DNA of 32,000 nt from Pirellula staleyi DSM 6068 (GTDB taxonomy: Bacteria > Planctomycetota > Planctomycetia > Pirellulales > Pirellulaceae): positions 720,001 to 752,000 of the forward strand of contig CP001848.1 in assembly GCA_000025185.1 (NCBI GenBank), written 5' to 3'. Both the position numbers and the translations under genes were made by a program. The notes under the pieces are model-generated. The model did no database searches, was not told where the DNA came from, and saw only the letters and a program-made list of their open reading frames with translations. This document shows positions 26,581 to 32,000 of this stretch, one piece after another (positions within the stretch are counted from its first letter, which is position 1; each line of letters opens with the position of its first letter).

Positions 26581-28827
26581 ATGTCTGCCGACTACACGCA
26601 GCAACAGACTCCCGCTGATCAAGAGCGGTCGAAGAACCTCAGCCTCAAGCGCACCCAACCTCCCACGCAAGTGCCAGGTTACGAAGCGCAGCGGCTGCTA
26701 GGGGCAGGTGCCTATGGCGAAGTGTGGGTCGGTCTCAACACCACCACCGGCCGTCAGGTAGCGATCAAGTTCTATGCCCATCGCAAGGGTGTCGATTGGT
26801 CGCTGCTGGCCCGCGAAGTCGAGAAGCTCGTCTTTCTCTCCGCCGATCGCTACGTCGTGCAGTTGCTCGATGTCGGTTGGAATGCCGAGCCCCCTTACTT
26901 CATCATGGAGTACATCGAGAACGGTTCGCTCGATGATTTTCTCCGCACGCATGGCCCGCTGAGTGTCCCCGAAGCGGTCGAGCTGTTTGAAGAGATCGCC
27001 ACCGGCCTGTCGCACGCGCATGGTCGTGGCGTGTTGCACTGCGATCTCAAGCCGGCCAACATTTTGCTCGACACCGATCATAAGCCCCGCTTGGCCGACT
27101 TCGGACAGTCGCGGCTTTCGAGCGAGCAGAAGCCGGCGCTCGGCACACTCTTCTACATGGCACCCGAGCAAGCCGATCTCGAAGCGGTTCCCGATGTCCG
27201 CTGGGATGTTTATGCCCTCGGCGCGATTTTGTTCTGCCTTGTCGTCGGACATCCCCCTCATCGACATCCCGATGCCGTGGGGCAGATTGAAACCGGACAA
27301 ACCCTTGCCGATCGACTCGCCCGCTATCGCAAACTGATCAACACATCTCCTTTGCCTCCTGCGCATCGGCGCGTCCGAGGAATGGATCGAGCGCTCGCGG
27401 ATCTGATCGATCGCTGTCTTGCCCCCGACCCGCGCGATCGTTTCGACAACGTGCAGGAAGTGCTCGACGCGCTGCAAGCTCGCCGACGTGCGCGGGCCCG
27501 TTTGCCGCTGATGGTGCTCGGCTTCCTGTTGCCGATGGTGCTGATGTTTGTGATGGCGATTTTTGGTTCGCGCGCCTACGACCGGGCCCTCGAGCAAACC
27601 GAGACTTTGGCGCGACAACGGGCGCTCGAAAACAACCGATTTGCTGCGGAACTTGCCGCAGAACGAGCCACCGGCGAACTGGCCGACTATTTTGAAGTGG
27701 CCCGCGATGAAGCGGCCCGCAGCGAGCTTCGCGAAGCACTCGCGCCGGTCCTCACCTCGCAGCGACTGGCCGACCTTTCGATGCATAGCGCGAGCGACCC
27801 GCAAGCGACAGCGGCCCGCCAACGTTTTGTCGACGACAGTATTCGTCAGACACTCAATCGCTGGCTCGAGACACGCATGCAAACCTACCGCGCTCTGGCC
27901 GACAAAGACCGCCGCGCGCCGCAGTTCGCGAGTATCTTCCTCACCGATCCGCGCGGCACCCAAATCGCCGCTGCTCACGACGAAGAAGTGCAATCACAAT
28001 CGATTGGCCGCAACTTTGCCCATCGGAGCTACTTCCATGGTGGCGTCGACGAAATGGAGCCGTTCGACACGGTCCCCACTTCGCCGCAGCATATCGAGCG
28101 GACGTTCCTCTCGGGCGTGTTCAAAAGTAGCACGACCAAGCAGTACAAAATCGCCATCTCGACTCCCCTCTACCGCGAAGTGGACGGGGTGAAACTGTTC
28201 GACGGTGTCCTCACCATCACGCTGAATCTCGGCGACTTCGAGTTCTCGCGCCTCTCAAGCCCCTCGCTCGATCGCTTTGCGGTGCTGGTCGATGGCCGCG
28301 CTGGTGAAGAAGAAGGAACGATCCTGCAGCATCCGCTGTTCGATCAACTTCTCACCACGCGCAAGAGCTTGCCTGAAGAGTTTCATACGCTCCGCGTCCC
28401 TTCCGAAGTTTGTCAGGGGGCCGATGCTCCGGCCTACTTCGATCCGCTCGGAAAACATACGCTCGGCAAAGACTTCGACCGCCAATGGATCGCCGCAGCC
28501 GCGAAGGTTCGCTCTCCTTCAAGTTCCGCTGGCGGCGCACCGTCGGGACTCGTCGTGCTGGTGCAAGAGGATTACGGCGCGGTGATTGAACCGGTCCGTC
28601 AGATGGGCTCGGGACTACTGCGACTCGGCCTGATGGCCACCCTGGTGGTCGTGGCAGTGAGTGGCGGATTATGGGGCCTGGTGGTCTACCTGTTTCGCGA
28701 AAAACGAACGCGCATCAAACGTCGCTCCCCGATGGCCAGCATGCCTACACCGCAGCAGGAATTGCCGACACTCGTGGCCGGCGCACGTCCGCGCAATATC
28801 GGCGACGAGAAAACGATCGACTCCTGA
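26581..28827 (+). CDS. Membrane Ser/Thr protein kinase with a periplasmic Cache-like sensor domain between two TM helices
   Basis: Hanks kinase motifs are GAGAYGEVW, AIK, HCDLKPANILL, DFGQSR and YMAPEQ. TM helices are encoded at 27502-27570 and 28615-28695. The 348-aa loop between them contains FAHRSYFHGG, which is typical of Cache-type sensors. Confidence 0.9.
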   Translation: MSADYTQQQTPADQERSKNLSLKRTQPPTQVPGYEAQRLLGAGAYGEVWVGLNTTTGRQVAIKFYAHRKGVDWSLLAREVEKLVFLSADRYVVQLLDVGWNAEPPYFIMEYIENGSLDDFLRTHGPLSVPEAVELFEEIATGLSHAHGRGVLHCDLKPANILLDTDHKPRLADFGQSRLSSEQKPALGTLFYMAPEQADLEAVPDVRWDVYALGAILFCLVVGHPPHRHPDAVGQIETGQTLADRLARYRKLINTSPLPPAHRRVRGMDRALADLIDRCLAPDPRDRFDNVQEVLDALQARRRARARLPLMVLGFLLPMVLMFVMAIFGSRAYDRALEQTETLARQRALENNRFAAELAAERATGELADYFEVARDEAARSELREALAPVLTSQRLADLSMHSASDPQATAARQRFVDDSIRQTLNRWLETRMQTYRALADKDRRAPQFASIFLTDPRGTQIAAAHDEEVQSQSIGRNFAHRSYFHGGVDEMEPFDTVPTSPQHIERTFLSGVFKSSTTKQYKIAISTPLYREVDGVKLFDGVLTITLNLGDFEFSRLSSPSLDRFAVLVDGRAGEEEGTILQHPLFDQLLTTRKSLPEEFHTLRVPSEVCQGADAPAYFDPLGKHTLGKDFDRQWIAAAAKVRSPSSSAGGAPSGLVVLVQEDYGAVIEPVRQMGSGLLRLGLMATLVVVAVSGGLWGLVVYLFREKRTRIKRRSPMASMPTPQQELPTLVAGARPRNIGDEKTIDS

Positions 28828-28917
28828 CGCATCCCATTTTCCGACGTTTTCCCCTGGAAATACGTTAACTTTTAGCGCCGCGAAGTTTCCCTACTCCGAC
28901 AGGACCAACGAGCGAGC

Positions 28918-30720
28918 ATGGCCGAGCTCATTGCACAAGGCGTACTTCCTCAGCATCGTTGGCGACGCAAGTTGCCGGTTGGTAATGCGGTGCTGGGTCG
29001 TTCGTCGGGGATCTGGTCGACCGAATGGGACGAGCGCATTTCGCGGCGGCATGTGCTGATCGAACCGCGCGGCAAAGGGCTCGTTGTGTCGCTCCTGCCC
29101 GAGGCCCGCAATCCGGTTTTCTATCGTGGCGAAAAGAACGCGCGCTTCGAGCTCCAAGTCGGCGAGCATTTTGTGATTGGTGGAACCACCTTCACGCTCG
29201 TCGATGAAAAAGTTCGCTTCGTCGCACACGACCGTGACAGTAGCCCGGTTACCGAGCTTACGTTCGCTGCTGAAGAGCTTCGCCAAGCTCCATACCGGCA
29301 TGCCGATAAACAGATCGAAGCTTTGAGCCGCTTGCCCGAGATTGTGGCCAGTAGCGCGAGCGACACCGAACTGCTAGTGCGGCTTGCTAGTTTGCTGTTG
29401 GGAGGCGCATCGTCGGGCGATACGGTGGCGATCGTGATGATCGATCCTGCTGCGCCGCTGGCTCAGCCGACCGTGCTGCACTGGGATCATCGCGCGCTAG
29501 TGGCTGGAGAATTCACACCGAGCAGCCGGCTCATTCGCCAAGCGGTGTCGACGAAACAAAGTGTCCTTTATCTTTGGGGCGCCGATCCGAGTGCCTCTGC
29601 AATCGCCGCGACAGCAACCGCCAACCCTGCCTCGAGCGCAACCGCAGATGGGGCGAATCAATGGGCCTACTGCTGTCCCATCACCTCCCCTGCTTGCCCC
29701 GGCTGGGCGATTTACGTGTGCGGAAAACTCGAAGCGCTTCCCACGAGCGACGTCGATTATGCCGACGCCATTCGGGACGAACTGAAGTTCACCGAACTGG
29801 CTGCGGCGACAATCGGTGGACTCCGCGAGGCGCAGCTCCTCGGTCGCAAACAAGCGATGCTGCGGCAGTTTTTTTCGCCACCGGTTCTCGACGCACTCGC
29901 TGCCGATCCGACCGATCAAGTCCTCTCGCCCCGCGAGACCGAGGTCACGGTTCTGTTTTGCGACTTGCGCGGCTTCTCGCTCGAGAGTGAGCGCTATGCC
30001 GGGCGGCTTACACAACTGCTCGAGCGCGTGAGCCAAGCGCTCGGCGTGATGACGCATCACATCCTCGAACAAGGAGGAGTGGTGGGGGACTTTCATGGCG
30101 ATAGCGCGATGGGTTTTTGGGGCTGGCCCCTGTCGCAAAGTGATGCTCCTCTGCGAGCTGCCCGCGCGGCACTGATGATTCGCGACAGCTTCTCAGCCGC
30201 TGCTGCCAACAGCTCGCCACTCGCCGATTTTCGCGTCGGCATTGGACTTGCCACCGGCACCGCTGTCGCCGGCAAGATCGGTTCGATCGATCAAGTGAAG
30301 GTGACTGTGTTTGGTCCGGTGGTGAACCTCGCCTCGCGTCTCGAAGGGATGACTAAAACGGTGCGCGTGCCGATCTTGCTCGATCAGCCAACCGCCGACG
30401 CCTTGCGCGCTGCCACACCCACCGACATGCGTTTACGACGACTCGCCAAAGTTCGCCCCGCAGGACTCGCCACCCCCCTGGAAATCACCGAACTGCTGCC
30501 GAGCGAAGCGATCTATCCGCAGCTGAACAGCACGCATATCGGCGCCTTCGAATCGGCGGTCGATGCCTTTGCCGAGCGCGACTGGAATCGAGCACTCGCT
30601 CATCTGCACGAAGTCCCCCCCGATGATCTGGCGAAAGACTTTCTCACCGTCTTCATCGCGCAGCATGGACGCGTTCCTCCTCCCGGCTGGGACGGCGTGA
30701 TTCCGATCCTCGAGAAGTAA
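28918..30720 (+). CDS. FHA domain - GAF-like domain - class III adenylate/guanylate cyclase
   Basis: The N-terminal FHA pattern runs from GRSSG through ISRRHVLIEPRGKGLVV and NPVFYRGE to FVIGGTTFTLV. The cyclase blocks are VTVLFCDLRGFS, GDSAMGFWG, RVGIGLATGTAVAGKIGS and FGPVVNLASRLEG. The middle ~220 aa is GAF-like. Confidence 0.9.
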   Translation: MAELIAQGVLPQHRWRRKLPVGNAVLGRSSGIWSTEWDERISRRHVLIEPRGKGLVVSLLPEARNPVFYRGEKNARFELQVGEHFVIGGTTFTLVDEKVRFVAHDRDSSPVTELTFAAEELRQAPYRHADKQIEALSRLPEIVASSASDTELLVRLASLLLGGASSGDTVAIVMIDPAAPLAQPTVLHWDHRALVAGEFTPSSRLIRQAVSTKQSVLYLWGADPSASAIAATATANPASSATADGANQWAYCCPITSPACPGWAIYVCGKLEALPTSDVDYADAIRDELKFTELAAATIGGLREAQLLGRKQAMLRQFFSPPVLDALAADPTDQVLSPRETEVTVLFCDLRGFSLESERYAGRLTQLLERVSQALGVMTHHILEQGGVVGDFHGDSAMGFWGWPLSQSDAPLRAARAALMIRDSFSAAAANSSPLADFRVGIGLATGTAVAGKIGSIDQVKVTVFGPVVNLASRLEGMTKTVRVPILLDQPTADALRAATPTDMRLRRLAKVRPAGLATPLEITELLPSEAIYPQLNSTHIGAFESAVDAFAERDWNRALAHLHEVPPDDLAKDFLTVFIAQHGRVPPPGWDGVIPILEK

Positions 30721-30728
30721 CGTCGCGA

Positions 30729-32000
30729 TCATTTCCAGCGATCGCCACTCGGCTCGGCCAGAGGATTTTCGAGCACGATCATTTCTTCGTCGACCGCGCG
30801 CACACCGGGCGTACCGACCCGAAACACGAGGCCGCGTAAATCGGTTTTCGATTTCGTCTGCCCCACCACAAAACTACTCAAATACCCGAGCAAAAGTGAG
30901 AAAATCGTGCCGAACGTGACGGTCCAAATATCATCGAGACGCGTCGCGAAGGGCCAGGTCCAGGCGAGCCACGGCCACTGATTCACCCCCATCAGCCACA
31001 AGGTGAAGAGCGTGCCGACGGTCATTACCAGCAGCATGCTGGTGCCCGTTGCGCGGCGCGTGAACATGCCGAGCAAAAAGACTGCCAGCAGCGGCGCGCC
31101 GAGCGTATTGACCACGGCAATCATGATGCTGAAGACTTCGTTCATTTGCGAAAGGACAATCGCGGCAAGCGTGGCGCCGACACCAATCACCAGCGTCAGT
31201 GGCTGCGCAAGAAGCAGTTCATCCGCTTCGTTTAGATCGGCTTCTTCTTTCTGCAAGCGTCGCGCGAGCCACGAACGACCGATCCCGTAACGCCTGTGAA
31301 AATCGAGCACCAGAAGCGAGCAGATGCTGTTGAGCCCCGAATCGATCGACGACATCGATGCCGCAAGTATCGCTGCCAAAATCAGCCCCGCCGCACCCAT
31401 CGCCAGTTGATCCGACACATACTGCGGCAACATCTCCTCCGGTGCCTGACGATGCACAATGATTTCGCCGGTTGAGGGCTTCCGCATCGCCAACTGCTCG
31501 ACCATCAACTCACCGGTGCTGCTATCCACCAGCTCGTCGGCTGACGCGAATGGTCGCTTATCGTTGGGCATCAAGATCCGCTGTTCGCTCACCAGTTCAT
31601 CGATGGTGTCGAGGGCGATGCTCTTTTCGCTTCGCCGAAACGGCAAGAGTGGGGTTCCACTCGTCGGGTCGAGCTCTTCTTCTCCCGTCACGCGATTGGT
31701 CCGTCGCGCGGTTCGTGTCTCCTCGCGCGTGATCGACTGCTGTGTGATTGTATCGAGATTTGCGACCCACTCGGGACGCATCGCGCGGGGATGCGTTTGG
31801 TAGAACGTCAGCAAGCAGAGACCGACGTAGGTGAGCAGGCACATCAGTAGCGAAACACCAAAACAATTGAGCAAGAAAGAGCGCTGTGAATGCTCGGTGG
31901 AACGTGACGAAAGAAAGCGCTGCGCAGTGATTTGATCGGCAATGTAGAACGACAGCATCGCGAGAAAATAGTGCAGCAGAAAACCCCACACGCACCAGCG
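30729..32000 (-). CDS. Sodium:solute symporter family (SSF) transporter, partial (N-terminus beyond the window)
   Basis: The frame stays open to base 32000. Supporting blocks are MSSIDSGLNSICSLLVLDF and GAPLLAVFLLGMFTRRAT, with multiple TM helices. A ~130-aa hydrophilic insert is encoded at about 31407-31796. Confidence 0.85.
   Translation of the reverse strand, partial: RWCVWGFLLHYFLAMLSFYIADQITAQRFLSSRSTEHSQRSFLLNCFGVSLLMCLLTYVGLCLLTFYQTHPRAMRPEWVANLDTITQQSITREETRTARRTNRVTGEEELDPTSGTPLLPFRRSEKSIALDTIDELVSEQRILMPNDKRPFASADELVDSSTGELMVEQLAMRKPSTGEIIVHRQAPEEMLPQYVSDQLAMGAAGLILAAILAASMSSIDSGLNSICSLLVLDFHRRYGIGRSWLARRLQKEEADLNEADELLLAQPLTLVIGVGATLAAIVLSQMNEVFSIMIAVVNTLGAPLLAVFLLGMFTRRATGTSMLLVMTVGTLFTLWLMGVNQWPWLAWTWPFATRLDDIWTVTFGTIFSLLLGYLSSFVVGQTKSKTDLRGLVFRVGTPGVRAVDEEMIVLENPLAEPSGDRWK

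Overview
This is a 32-kb GC-rich bacterial chromosomal segment. Its gene content (Ser/Thr kinase and FHA signalling, many signal-peptide hypotheticals, several 450-670 bp non-coding gaps) suggests a Planctomycetota/Pirellulales-like genome, but that is inference only. I support 25 protein-coding genes. Recognisable ones: Mpg/AAG DNA glycosylase, class II B12-dependent ribonucleotide reductase NrdJ, a HIT hydrolase, a Zn alcohol dehydrogenase, a MarR regulator with a CE1-type esterase, a minimal RNA/DNA-ligase-like nucleotidyltransferase, a TIGR02117/DUF2459 protein, an acyl-CoA desaturase, an ABC-F ATPase, a GH15-like protein, YciH/SUI1, an HPF/RaiA-like protein, IspH, a secreted amidohydrolase, a membrane Ser/Thr kinase, an FHA-GAF-class III cyclase, and a partial sodium:solute symporter. 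I saw no rRNA, tRNA, CRISPR array, transposase or integrase. The most unusual items are: (1) a 1.3-kb low-GC single-gene island (12042-13396) encoding an orphan protein of about 365 aa; (2) the sensor kinase plus FHA-GAF-cyclase pair; (3) a structured non-coding region ending in a strong intrinsic terminator between nrdJ and the HIT gene (candidate sRNA); (4) a ligase-like minimal nucleotidyltransferase with an unknown helical partner; (5) a clustered GCAACGATT motif inside a 580-bp gene-free gap. All family calls come from reading motifs by eye. No database search was run, and start codons are best estimates.
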